From positions 1-64,000 of the forward strand of contig FLMG01003710.1 of the NCBI GenBank assembly GCA_900088475.1: DNA of 64,000 nt, written 5' to 3'. The notes under the pieces were generated by a model. That model searched no databases, was not told the DNA's origin, and worked only from the letters and a program-made list of their open reading frames with translations. This document shows, in pieces, positions 35,101 through 48,022 of this stretch. Both the position numbers and the translations under genes were made by a program. Origin of the DNA: Hyphochytrium catenoides. Lineage: Eukaryota > Protista > Hyphochytriomycota. How positions within the stretch are numbered: position 1 is the stretch's first letter; every line of letters begins with the position of its first letter.

Positions 35101-36321
35101 GTAGAGAAGGAGAAGGAAACATCCGTCAACAAACAGTTCCATTGACTGCATAGATGAGTGAACTGAAGAATACTTACGCAGGAAAAAGAGCCAGAACATC
35201 CCAAACAAAGCATTAATTTTCCAGCTCTTCCACCAGCTATTCACGCTCCTTCCCGGCTCCTCAACCCATTTTTTCTTCTTTGGATGCCCCCCCTCTGCCT
35301 CCCCCGGAGTCCGTGCGGCAGAAGTTGGCGAGAATATAGCTGCAGGAGGCGAAGCAAGATCCACCGCAGAGTCATCTATATCCGCGCTCGATCTTGTTGA
35401 TTCAGGTTCTCCCTTTCTATATATCCCGTCCTCATCATAAAAACTCCCTGTGTCTTCAATGATAGGCACCTCAAAATCCCCTTGGAAGGAAAGGTAAGGA
35501 TCCTGGCGTCTGGAATACTCCTCGTCTGTCTTGTCAGGAGTGAGAGGACTAGGACTAGTATTTTTGCTAGTGCCTTTTCCTTCCGGATCGTCGTCATGCC
35601 TATCCTTTCGCCGTCTCACAAACCTATGTGCCATCTTCAGCAGCTGTGTCTTTGGCGGAAGGCTGCTAGCGTTTCCATTCTCATCTCCACCTACTTCCTC
35701 CCAAGGGGAGTCTACAATCAGGGGAGACCGCGATTCCACACTGTCTAGCTCTTGCTCGTCAGTCGTCTTTCTCTTGACGTCCGCTGATTCCGGCTTCCTG
35801 GTTGAGCTGCTGCGGGCGGATGAAGCAAAGTCTTCCTCCCAGAAGGGAGGACTGCCAAGACTAGTACTCGCTATATAATAGAGGTATGGTGAGTTCTTTG
35901 CTCCTCAGACAGGCTCGCACCAAAGTGCACAGGAGTAGTAAGAAAGTTGACAGCAACAAACACGAAGAGACAAAAGAAGAAAAGAAAGAGAAAGAGAGAG
36001 AGAGAGAGAAAGCGAGAGGAAAAGAGAGAGAGAGAGAGAGAAGAGAGAATAGCGACAGAGAGAAAGAAAGAGAGAGAGAGAAGAGAGAATAGCGACAGAG
36101 AGAGAGAGAGAGTGAGCGGGAGTTATAGAGGCATGAGACGAAGGAGACTGATAGTCAGAAAAGTAACAAGAATGTGAGAAAATGAGCAACCGCAAGGTCA
36201 TCTACGAAGGCACGCTTGAGGATCATCGGGTCGATGAAATGAAGATCGACAAAAGTCTACCTTCACTCTCTATGGAAGGAGCTCGAGTTTTTCTTAATAG
36301 CTTTCCTCGTGAAAAGGACAT
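29195..36321 (-). CDS. Receptor-type class III nucleotide cyclase B, inverted paralog of cyclase A
   Basis: Same motifs and matching intron positions as gene A (VPIIEDTGSFYD, FGMFWLFFL, GAPFWSPSYEYAS, SDIKNFTTISE, GDFIGDGIMVFWNSP, NTASRVENINKYYGT, NWDGATSFHEK*). First exon MSFSRGKLLRKTRAPSIESE at 36321-36261; stop at 29195-29197. Confidence 0.88.
35965..36112. repeat. (GA)n-rich tract with a 40-bp internal duplication, in intron 1 of cyclase B
   Basis: aagagagaatagcgacagagaga occurs at 36041 and 36081 within GA runs. Confidence 0.85.
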
Positions 36322-38843
36322 CCTGGACGCAGTCGCGGTGATGGCCGTCTGAGACGTCAGCAGCAGCGAGGTTTTACTCTTGCCTAGCGGACGCAGCCTC
36401 TACTTTGGGCTAGAAGGTCGTAATGGGGTCAATCGCGCATGGTTGCATCTTGATTGGACCTTGAGGACAGTGATGCGCATTGAGAAAGACCCCAGGGACA
36501 GTGAGAAAGCGTCGGCACGCCAAAGAGAATGATGAAAAATGCCCGGTAACGGAGACAGTAAGGAGGAATGGCGATGAGCTAGTATGAGTTCTGTCCAGGT
36601 TTGCACTGTCTCTCCTCGTTGCTCGGATGCCCTATTGACTAAGAAAGACAAAGTACTAATAGCCGTTCACCACGACTTGTATCACAGAGTGGTATTCCGG
36701 GGCGGAGCAATAGAAGCAGGGTGGTCTGGCAATGTGATGGAAATAACAGACAGCTTGAGAAGGCTAAGGACGCGGAGATAATAACGAGCCGACGCGAGGT
36801 TGGAAGGGAAAAGTAAGAAGAAGTAAACCCTGCAAAACATACGTGAACGGTGAATGATGGTGTGCAACGTTAGTGCGAAGAGAAATAGGAGGGACAAGGG
36901 CAATGCGTACTAAGTGACGAACAGAACAGACAGGGGGCTGCTGCTTCGTGGCGAGACAAAGCGACAAGAAATACGGAGTATAAATTATTTGAGGACAACG
37001 AAGGAGCTAATAGTGTCGGCTTGAAGCAGCAGCGAGACAGAGAAGAGCATTAGTAGCGCTCGATAGCTGTTGCCTTTATGGAGACAGTAGTAGGAGGAGG
37101 AGGGAACGGACCGGAGCTACCAATAGAACCGCTTAACAGGAGGAGGGACTTCCACACATAGGAGATATGAGGAGGAAAGGCTCTGAGGGACGACAATAGA
37201 GAGACAACCTGGGCTTTAGTGGGGGAGGAGGGAGGAGCGAGGCGGAGAGAGAAAGGACACTGGTGGCGGTCGAAAGGAAAGACTGGGCCAGACATCATCC
37301 TCAAAAGATCCACTTCTCAAAAGAAATCCAGAAAGTCAAGTTTCCTGTCGGAGTATCTTTAGCATGTTGGCCACGGAATGCCAATGGCTCATTGACCCGA
37401 GGCGGCATTACCTCAGAATTGGGCGTTACACACAAGCTCCACACCTTTCTGACCACCTTCGAGCCACCACCACCGGCAGAACGCGAAAGGTTTGACTATC
37501 ATCATCCTCAGACCGACGGAAGGAACGAGCGAGACAGGGATAAGGGAAGAAAACGGCACAGCACATGACTGAGGCATTAAAACGACTACTCGTACTTTTA
37601 TAGCTTGAAGGCTGCTCTAGGTGCATTGTGGTCTCCCTAGAAGGAGAGGACGAAGAATGTGAGACCATGATGGACGGACAGGGTTTGCGAAGGCCCGCTG
37701 CGGTCGCGCTGTTGCCTATGAAGAGCCTATGATATATGGTCTCTTGGTGGATGTCTTTTGATAGGGACTGATCACGATTTTGGTTCTTTGCCATGCGGGT
37801 GATAAATATCATCTTTGAGAGCCAATGATGCTGATGATGGTCGCCCATGATACTGCTTATCCTTCTATCCTTCTTTGGATACTATTGGAGTAGGCAGTGT
37901 TGTCGTCCAATGCGTTGCTGCCATCTATCATGCTAGGAGCCACCATTTCCAAGAGAAGAGAGTGGTGGAACACGATGGGCGACGACGTGCTTCTTTACCA
38001 AAAGTGATATTCGCTTAAGAGTATAATCATCTCTACGCTTTCTTCCTCTATCCCCTAGAGCTGCTGCGCAAGAGTGGGATTCGAGCGAGTGGCTATTTGT
38101 CCAAACCGATAACAAGTCAGCTGATTGTACTTCTAGCTCGCTACTGAACTATCGCTTCAGTTTCTCCACTGCTCTCCGTATCATGTCCTTTGATGAAGGA
38201 GGTGGGGCATTGCTGACCTTATGGCTTTCTCTATCTATCTGCTGACCTTATTACGACAAATATCCTCTTAAATGAACTTCTCTTCTCTTCGATGAACAAC
38301 CCCACGATGGTCTCATATGGGGCTCGATGTAAATGTTAGCAGGTACTTCTGTCTGCGATGTTTATTCCTGAAATTTTTTTCGGGGATCCTGAATTCCCGT
38401 ATGGCTCAAAGAATCTCTTCATTTAACGAAGCGGAGCGATCAACTATTGACCCGCCGTCTACGCCGCTTGTTGTTCAAGAACTTGGCTTCCATCCACGAC
38501 TGAAGAAGAAGAAGAGGAGGTTCGAAAGGTGGTGGGAGAGGAGATGTTCTCATTGGCCTCATCAATGGCAGCATAACCACAACGAAGAATCGCCATCATC
38601 ATCATCGATCTTGCTGCTTGTGGTGCTACATAGGGCCTAGTTCTGGTGGAGCCCCCATAGCTGCGACCAGCGGCGCGCAGCTGGGTGCCTGATGAGAAGT
38701 GCTGCTGCTACTACTCAGTGCTGCTGCTGCTGCTGGCAAGCTTCTTGTTCAATACTGCTGCCACCATTTTGCCTTTTATAAAGCTTGACGATGGGTGAGA
38801 AGTGGAGCAACCGACAGGTGAAAGTCCATCATTATGTTCTAAG

Positions 38844-38872
38844 GTACTTGTAAGTACTTGTAAGTACTTGTA
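38844..38872. repeat. 10-bp tandem repeat (GTACTTGTAA) x about 3
   Basis: gtacttgtaa gtacttgtaa gtacttgta visible in the sequence. Confidence 0.85.
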
Positions 38873-39326
38873 GCAGCTTAGTCAAGCGGTACTTGGACCT
38901 GACAAGCTGTTTGTAAGGGTTCAGCCCCTGGCCCCTTGTGCCTTACAAAGCTCTTGCAAGGAACTACACAAGTCTACTTGTCTCTTCTAACAAGTCCCTT
39001 AACAGGCTACTTGTGGCAGCTGTGCAACCCTTCCCTTTCTTGTTTGTTCTGATGGAGCTTGCATTGTCACGGAGCGAGGCATGGCGGCGATTATTCTCCT
39101 TTGGCAGAGAGATGGTTCTAGCAGCTAGGAACTCATGATTAGAAGGTATCAGCAGCCGCTCAGAGCTCCGTTCCGGCAATGGAAGAGCTCGACAGAAAGC
39201 GGGGGTTGAGGAAGGAGGGAACTATTTAGATGGCCAGCGAAAGGACAAGCTGCCCAACTCTATGGGAGAGCACGTCATACAGCTGACGACAAGGAAGGTA
39301 CAAGGTGCGAACGCGTTTTCCGGAAA

Positions 39327-41051
39327 ATGGCGCACAAGGACGAGGATGAAGCTAGCACACAAGGCGTAGACTTTATTGATCCCTTTGACGGAGCCTTTGA
39401 TGACAGCGAAGATGAAGGGACATCAAAAAGAGAAAGGAGTGAAGGGTCGAACGTCGGGAGAGGACAAGTAAGAAGATGCTCACAGCCATTTTCACCTTGA
39501 GTGCTGCCTATGGCAAAACGCTGCCATTTGGTGCCTACACCTTCCTTCAATCTTATCTCTGCAGAGATGTCCCACTTTCTCTTATAGATCTTTCTGTTAG
39601 TTTAACGTCATCGACTCTTCTGAAGCTGAACAGCAACCTAACTACTGTCCGCTCCCTTGTAGAAAAGTGATGACTCTCTGAAACCCTCTTGGACGATAGA
39701 CAGAATAAAGCTTTCGGACCTTACCCCTGAAACATTTTCAAAGTGCTACCTGGAACAACATAAGCCTGTGGTTGTTACAGAGGCGCACAGTATACTCCCT
39801 ATGCATCTCACTGTGAATTATCTTTTAAAGACCTACGGTGACCGGTAAGTCATTGAGGCCTAATAGGCTCCAACTAAAGGAAGGATGCCTGGACGTACTC
39901 TTCTACTACCAGTCCTAGCTTGGGCTCAGCTATCTTATCCACCGGTGCTTTGGCTTCTTGAAAAGCTGTGCGGTAGCTAATATTCCCTCATTTGCCATTT
40001 CACTTGCTTTCTGTTTCTACTAGCAAGGTGCCTCTAGAGATTCATAGCAAAAATGCAGAAGAGATCACTCTCTCCGACTATCTCTCAATGCAGAGCCCTT
40101 CATACTGCACAAAATACTTAAGGAACCTGCATATGCACCGCTGGTTCCCAGAGGAGCTTCCCAGTCTCTCTCTTCCTGCACTGTTCGGTCACAACTTTCT
40201 TCGGGATACAGCATTTGTCGACTGCCCTGACTCGTGGAGGTGCTGGTTTGAGCTGTTCGTCAACACCCGTTACGGAGAGGGGTTTCCTTTCCTCCATCGT
40301 GACGTATGTTCCACGCACGCTTTCTCTATGCAGATTGAGGGAGTTAAGAGGTTTTGGTAGGTACAAACTCTTATTGTGGAGCCGCACAGGTTCCCGTCCT
40401 TATTGTTAGGGGGCTTGGCAAGATCGTTTCTGGTTCTCACAGTCTCTTTGGTTCTTGTGAGGTTACGCACCTTGCGTGAGCTGTAAGGCTATTGGTTGGG
40501 GTCCTTATTCGTCCGTTTCCTCTTATCCCTTATAAAGACCCTTTTAGCTCTCTTCGTCCCTCACTCCACCATTCTGCAACCTCCTCTGCCACCTTCTAAC
40601 TCTCTTTCCTTCCTTCTCACATCTACATTGTTGTAGGCTGTTCCCGCCTTCTGACTCTGAATGGGTGTACCCGTCCATTGTTGGAGGGGTACACTCCACA
40701 ATCTCTCTCCCCTTTGACAGCAAAGAACTTCTGTCTATCTATCCCCTTCTCTCAAAGGCATCCCCTGCAGTGGTAGACCTGCATCCTGGAGAGCTTCTCT
40801 TCATTCCCGCTGATTATTGGCATACTACGAAGACTATTAGTGTTCTTCCAAGCGTCACAATCGGCGGCAACTTCGTGACAGACTCCAACAGGCTTAAGTT
40901 CCTAGATGAGTATGCCGACTATTTAGCTTCCTTATCATTAGCGAAGAGAAGTAGCCACTGCGACACTTCATTGAGCGGCGAAGGTGAGGCCGCGCTCAGG
41001 CGACGCACGAGCAGAGATGACGGAGTTCTTCTACCAATAATGGCTCCGTAA
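39327..41051 (+). CDS. JmjC / cupin-like Fe(II)-2-oxoglutarate oxygenase (JMJD4/6/8-like), about 4 exons
   Basis: Exons at about 39327-39466, 39663-39844, 40024-40336 and 40637-41051 give FSKCYLEQHKPVVVT, FPFLHRDVCSTHAFSMQIEGVKRFWLFPP and LHPGELLFIPADYWHTT, so the HxD...H triad is intact. The start is uncertain. Confidence 0.8.
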
Positions 41052-44000
41052 AACCGTGCGCAACACTTCCACCATATGTTAGAGAGATAGAAGTCGATTC
41101 CTTGTGTGGTAGCAACTCACCCCTGTCCTATGGTCCATGAGATTGAGTCGCCAACGCCAAGGAGAGTATGAAAGAATTTGCGTCTGTGGTCCACCTTCAT
41201 CTAGACATACGATCGTGAGCTAAGCGAAGACCTCCCACCTATGGGGCTTATGGTGCTGTGGATGGAGCATCATCAGTCACCTTTGAATCTGCACCAGATC
41301 AAGGGGGTGGAGATCTATTTGAAAGAGGGTTTAAGGCAGGAGCAACCGGGCACTGTGTGCAGTGCCGACACCACACGTCAAGTGCATACCCCAAGATAGT
41401 GAATCCTTTGGACTTATCTCTCCCGAACCGTCAACATGAGGTCTTCTCTCAACTTGCCTGATGCAAATCAACACTTGTTGCGTAGCGGACCTGAGGAGCT
41501 CCCTTGCACCAGGGGGCCCAATCAGAGACCAAAGTGTGCCCGAGAAGAAGGCGAAGAAAAGAGCAGCATAGTATTAGCGCACGGTGATTGTTCATTGAAT
41601 AGAGTGCTCGTTCTTCGTCAGGTTCCATCCTTCACCTCCACACGTGTGACATCTATACGCTCCAATACTAATGCTGCCGATTGAGTGCGACAGATACGAG
41701 GTAACGCGGCCATATTTCTGCTATCTTTTGCACATAATTTTCCTTCTACACCTCCTCCACTTGCTTGGGACATCATCTAGGCGACTACTAGAAGAGAAGA
41801 GTAAATATAAAGGTAGTGGAAGACTATCTTGATCACCACTCTGTAGGGTGGCTCGTTTATGAAATAGTACTCAGATCAAAGCGTTCCTCTCGAAGACTCG
41901 ACCGGTTTCAAAATTAGGTACGACGCTGAGCTGCTCTGACATCATCCAGGAACTTTGCAAATGGGTGATAGCAGTCCCTGGGCAGCAGCGCCCGCCCTGA
42001 AAGAAGAAGCACTAGACCAGAGGATAACTTGACCACATAGCCAACAAAGCACATTCGCATTATTGGTAGTCGTGGAGGAGAGAAGAGTTAGGTACTGAGT
42101 GGTGACAGAGAGCACGGTGCTTTCCGCCTCCTTGTTTGAATTCTCGGCCCTTTATTGCATGATCACAAAAGGATTTCCATACTTACTAGTAGAGAGCGCA
42201 GTTGGCTTCTAAGGTGGTAACAATGTTCCTCCTTCAGTGCACTCGATGGCAGTACATCAAATGATGATAAGGCATCATTACTATAACAAAGTAAATGAAG
42301 GCCTTTTCGAGAAAATTGACGATATCGAAAGTCTACGACACGCCTTCTTACGGAAGATGAAGTAGGTGAGGATGATATTAACGACATCCGGCGGCCGCCT
42401 CCTTCCGGTAGACCACCAGCACCACCGCCATTGTCTCGTCTTATTATTGATCTTCTAAGCTTCGTTTAGTAGGATGATTCTTCTTAGCACTGCGAAGAAG
42501 GAGATAGCTGGTGCAGAGAGTGAAGCTGACCGACGAGATGCTCACAGTGCTATCAAACAAATGCCAGGTAGGTGACAGCAAGGGATACCAAGCAGCGGAA
42601 AATGCCTGACCATCGATGGAGAATTGCAGGGCTCCCACCATCATCAGAAGCAGCTAGAGCAATAAAACAACCAGGGCTAGACAGCTGCAGCCTGCCAACA
42701 AGGAAGCATAATCTCTCTCGCATGGTCTTAAATGCTCATCTGTCGTGGCGATGATGGTCCACATCAAGGCAAGTGCAAATCAGCAGCGACAGAAGAGCAG
42801 GGGCAACAGTTAGGCTGCAGAGCCTCATTACGGTGCCGCAGAGGCAGCAGCAGTCAGTAGTAAGGGTGGATGAAGAGGTGCTTGACAACAGAAGAGCACA
42901 AGAGAAGATAGAAGAAGCCCATTTATTAAGAGGTACTAGAGATGTTGTGGCCCCGCCACCGTTGCTACTACTAGCATCTAGAGCTCCGGACGAGGAAGAG
43001 CTAACAACTAACACAGAAGAAGACAACACGCCACCACGACGGAGGAGCTCTGGCAAAAGTGAAGCTGTAATGCGAGGAGAAACAAGTAGAGGGCCACTCC
43101 ACTTTAAGCTCAAAGAGCTAGTACAGCAGTAGAGGATGGATGATGGAACTACTATGACCGGCAAAAAGAGAAAGAATAGACCGAGACTGATTGGGCGAGA
43201 AGAGCCAAACAACAACAGTCGTTCATCGTCCGCGCAGCAGACAACAACAACCGCCAGAAGAATCAGCGACAGGCGACAGAAGGGGCACCCGCTGCATAAC
43301 AAGGGACTTGTTCACAAAGGCACCGCATGAGGCCACTTTCTTCAGCGGCCGCAGCAACAAGAAGAAGAGGTAGCACGGCAGCAGCAGCGTCCTGGAGCGC
43401 AGCAGAATCTTCGAGGTATCGTACGACTCTTTTATGTCTTGCTTTTACTACTGTTTTTTATAAAGAATTTTGTAGATAAACAGTAGCAAAATCGTAAACG
43501 GATGTGGCACATCTAATCTGCATCATGTTGTCCCATAGTGTAGGTCATTCACTTTCAGGACCTACACTCGTACTTTGGCCAATCCGTCGTGCACGCCGTC
43601 TCTGTTTGTCGCGGAAGGAGTCGGTTATTCGCTATAAACATAGCCAACCAGGAACCGACAAGGAACGATCATGACCTTCACCCACCACGTTGCTGGTAGG
43701 CAGAAGCCTCTTATGAGTAGAGCCTCAAGCCATTATGGTGTTTGCAATGTACCTCAAGAGTGTTGATGATGAGTGAAGGTTGCCGAAGAGTACATGCACG
43801 TAGTAGCAAGCTGAATAACAAGCCCTAAATAAGGCGTGCCTTGCACAGTGTATCCTCTTCTATTGCCTAGGAAGGACGACGACGGCATCAAGAAAAATCC
43901 AGAGGCCGCAGCATTATGACCCTGAAGTTCACTGCAGCAGGCCCTAGTCCAGTAGAACTAGTAGCGGCATCTCAGCCAACAAACTCAATAGAGTTCTGTT

Positions 44001-44998
44001 TATGGCGGTGCTTCTCCTTCTCCTATCAACAAATTTTGTTGGCCAAAGGCGTGCTTCATCATCCTCAGCTTCGACTATCATTTCTCCGTGTCTCACCCCG
44101 CCGTCTAACCCATGTCACATCATTTCCCACCTCCTTGTGCATCGCCCTGTCCATTTTCTAAATAGGAAGTTCCTCGTAGTAGTACTAATAATAACAAGGA
44201 TGAGAAGAACACCCGGTTATATGTATCGTATCGTAGGGAAGGATCGCCTGTCAGAATCTATGGTTTATTATTAGAGGTGATTTTTAACACAATGACAGTC
44301 CAAGGCTGCGACTAATATTGGGTCTGGGCACCTGGAATTACCTATAGCACATTAGCTAAGGAGTCAAAGGTATGCGCAAAGGAAGGAATATATCCCTTGG
44401 CTTTGCTATCAACACTTAATATTGCGTCAATATTAGGCAGGTGATCGAACCCTCTACTGGATTCTTATGCCAGAAAGCCAGGCCAGACGAGGGCCACCAG
44501 GGATAAAATAGCACAGTAGCAAAGACTAGCGCTTGTCTCACAGCCCAAAAAACTCGGAGTAGAGTAGGAATCCGGCAGGGGAGAAGTGAACGAAGTGACT
44601 GCGTGCCGCTAGCAGAGTTGTCTGGTGAGAAGGATAGGAAACTCTTAGACTTCGTGGTGCGGCGAGCAAGTGCAGCGAGAAATAGAGCATATTCTGTGTC
44701 CAGAGGTCCATTGCCTGTCTTCACATGCGATGCGACATGCGGCCGGTGATATCATCTTCATGAATACAATTCCGAAGATCGAACATTGAAGAATTTTAAA
44801 GGGAGACAAGAGAAATTGGAAGAGATTTGAAGACATGCACTTGAAGGGAACTGACTAGGTCAAGGTGAAGTGTGGTTAGAGGCTTGCGGTTGTAGGGTTC
44901 CATGCACCGCCACATATAGCTTGACGAGTCTCCTGCAATTAGCTTGCCCTTCGTCCTCTTTCTGCGTCTGTCGGATCCGCTGGTGAGTTGATGACGTG

Positions 44999-46342
44999 AT
45001 GGTGCCTCCAAATAAGAGCTCATTGACGGCAGAGTTCGAGGAAGCAGCTTTACAGAAGCGACGCGCCTCCGGGGGTCGAGCTCTATGCTCTGTAGCTGAC
45101 TGCAACAATCAGGTGAGGAGGAATGGAATGTGCGGACGGCATGGGGGAAGAGACACGTGTCGGCATTCAAACTGTGACAAGATTGCTAGAGGGAAGGAGA
45201 AGCTCTGCTTCGCACATCTTCCAGTCAGGATGAAACCTACCTGTTCTACCTATGGCTGCAAGAGGGCACCGCAGTTGGCTGGTGGTTTCTGTCATCGCTG
45301 CTTCTCTTCTGGGAAAAAGACACTAAACCTAAGGAGTCCTTCGAGCTCAGCGTTATCCAATGCCGGAGATTGTCAAGCTGCGGAAGTTCAAGCCACGGTA
45401 GTGCAGGTGTGCAATGAAGCCAACAACCCTTCTGCCGCGGTGAACGATGACCTATTGAAGACTAGAAACCTTCTCTATGGACTTCACCCTGGCATTTTAG
45501 CTCAGCACGCCAGGAGCGCAGAATCTCTTTTGGAAGAGGAAACGTTGACACCCTTTCCACGGGCCGCCTCTGGAAAAGAGCTGGAAGCGACGTCGTCTGA
45601 AGAGGATGACGCGGACTCTGTTCATTCTTCGGCAGCGACGCATTCTTTATCATCTTCTCTAAACGACGAGATGTCGTCTCCAGCCATGACTAGCCGCATA
45701 GTCCCTATGCCACCGCAACTTCTTGCGACTGCAACTACTTTTTGTCAGGACCCCCTATCTTCTACACTTGAGGTTCAGACGTCGACACCACCACCACCAT
45801 CTCAATGTTATTCACGAAGGTCACTGTTCCTCAGTCCACCCACCGCTTGCCAAGCTACTGCCTATAGTGGCGCGTCTTCCTGGCAGAGTCTTCCACTATA
45901 TCCACAGCAACACGGCTCACTGCTGGCGCCTTGTTACTATCCGTCGCAGCGACCCCATCTTCCACAACAAGTATTTCCAGCATACCATGCTGCAGCTCCC
46001 AGCTCTTCTTCTACCCTGCTTGAAGATAGCGTTATCCCTTTTGATGAGATTGACAGCTTCTCTCTTGATGTACGGGAGATCATCCTGAGCTTTAGGGGCG
46101 TCAGGCTCACGGACCCTGAGGAAAGTCGGCGTGAATTGACGAGTAAACCCTCAGAGACTGAGAAGCACGATACATTAAAGAAGGGCGATATTAAGCGTTC
46201 CGAAAACGAACCTGAGGACGAAGATATCCCAACCAAAGAGTTCGCAACAAAGAAGCCAGCAAGCTGGAGAAGTATCTCTAGGGAGGAGACAAAAGAATCA
46301 GAGGAGAAAGGGTCCCTTTCCCTATGCGAGGAGAGCGTATGA
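44999..46342 (+). CDS. Protein with three WRKY19-like Cys/His zinc-finger repeats and a long Ser/Pro/Glu-rich disordered tail
   Basis: CSVADC-x9-CGRHGG, CRHSNC-x10-CFAH and CSTYGC-x10-CHRC repeats near the N-terminus of a single 447-aa ORF. Confidence 0.7.
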   Translation: MVPPNKSSLTAEFEEAALQKRRASGGRALCSVADCNNQVRRNGMCGRHGGRDTCRHSNCDKIARGKEKLCFAHLPVRMKPTCSTYGCKRAPQLAGGFCHRCFSSGKKTLNLRSPSSSALSNAGDCQAAEVQATVVQVCNEANNPSAAVNDDLLKTRNLLYGLHPGILAQHARSAESLLEEETLTPFPRAASGKELEATSSEEDDADSVHSSAATHSLSSSLNDEMSSPAMTSRIVPMPPQLLATATTFCQDPLSSTLEVQTSTPPPPSQCYSRRSLFLSPPTACQATAYSGASSWQSLPLYPQQHGSLLAPCYYPSQRPHLPQQVFPAYHAAAPSSSSTLLEDSVIPFDEIDSFSLDVREIILSFRGVRLTDPEESRRELTSKPSETEKHDTLKKGDIKRSENEPEDEDIPTKEFATKKPASWRSISREETKESEEKGSLSLCEESV

Positions 46343-48022
46343 TTGGAAGGAAGAGGTGTATTACAGTGACTTCCTAGCACAGCTCTGCCATCATGGACAG
46401 AGGAAGAGCTTCTAATCTCACAGATCCCAGAAGATCCTACGGATGGACGAGGCACCATCACTGTCGACAGTGATTTCGGAGATGGCCTGCAGCAGTTCGA
46501 TCGCCAGCCAAGGCGGCTACGCTATCAATGGGAGCAAGATTATTCGAGTGCGACCGTGACCAGTCAGGAGAAAGGCAGGCAGAATGACGCTCCTCCTTGA
46601 CGAACATTGATTGCTTTGTTCCCTCCCCTCTTCGCCAGCCAGAAAAAGAATTTCAAAAGCAGAGAAAAGCCAGTTGCTACTACGGCGACCTAAGCGGCGT
46701 TTACTATGACCCAAGAAGGACAAAGGAGCAGCCCTCATTATTTCTTGCAGACAAAAGCTTCGTCTTCTACGTTCTCCTCGTTTCAGAGCTCTGCGATCAG
46801 ACTACCTCTCGTCTGGCCTTTCCAGTCTTTGCATTTTCTTCTTCTCAGTGATGTTCACCAGCCCAGTGTTTATTTATAGCTGTAGTACCATTATTATCAG
46901 CTCTCTTGCACCACCACGACTACCCAGCCCAAAAGAAGTCGCCCAAGAAGCGATAATGTAGAGAAGATGCGCGAGGAGGATGGTTGCTGCCTAGAACCTG
47001 TTAGCAGCACGAGCCTTGATAGTGTGAATTATGAACGATGGATGGAAGTCTAGAAGTGGTGGAGCGAGTCCTCCGCCAGGGCTCAGTGAAAAGCTGCAAG
47101 CCAGAGAAGGATGTGAGTCCCTCCAAGCCACTTAGTAACGACGATGGTGATATCTACAGAAGGAAGTAGCGCTCCTAAGACCAAGGGCTAGTCTGCTATT
47201 TTCTCGACGGACATCGCTTTCGGCTGTACCATGTCATTCTCTAACTAATGCAGCAACACCACCGTTTTTCATCAGTCTTCTTCCTGTTGTCGGCTTGCTA
47301 GATCCCCTCGCTATGATCGATGGCACGTTCCACTGCCAATGCCGACGTTGTAAGCTGCTTCCTGGTGCCTGTTACCTACTAGTGCATGCCGCATGGGCGA
47401 GCACTGTGGCTGTCTTGTTGTTGAAGGCTCGGTGCGTCTGCCTTTTCTTCTCTCTCTACCTTCCTTCAAGTTAGGGGCCTTTAGTCTGGCCAGCCGTAAA
47501 TAAGAGGCTGCTCGTTACAATACAGTTCTGATTATATAGTGCTCGGACCGAAAGTGACTGTGGTACGAAACTAGGATGTTCCCTTTCATTCCAGGAGTGA
47601 TTGAGACTTGAGGAATCTTCACCATGAGAAGGCTGATGGAGCCTATCTGTCAATGCTCAATGCGTCTGGGGTCTGAGAGGACCAGCAGCACAGACAACGT
47701 GTGAGAAGCAATGCTAGTGCTCTTGGCTGATGGGCCATGGTGCCCTAAAGAATAGCTCGCGATAATGCGCAGGCCGATTTGTTTCTTGAGAATCCCCTTG
47801 TGGCGTCTCTAGCGTGGCTGGTGCATGACATGTCCTATTGAGAATGGTGGACACAGAGGTTGACTCTCAGGCTGCTAGCGTGCCATGTCAGGATACTCGA
47901 GGTGATATAGATCTGAAGGCAAGTGTTCTGGTCTGAAAGCAAAGCTTGATACAACCCATGGCTAAGACTAATCATCGGAAGTCCAGCAAGCAGAGTTCAC
48001 CGTCGTAAGTCTAAACTCTTAG

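Noticed and set aside
36400-38700. Scattered ORFs including 37426-37848 (140 aa)
   Set aside because: No recognisable family and frequent stops in all frames; left unannotated.
38844-38872. Short direct repeats as a possible CRISPR array
   Set aside because: The units are 10 bp with no spacers, the context is eukaryotic, and there are no cas genes.
46343-46600. Open frame downstream of the zinc-finger gene as a possible extra exon
   Set aside because: I found no phase-compatible splice junction.
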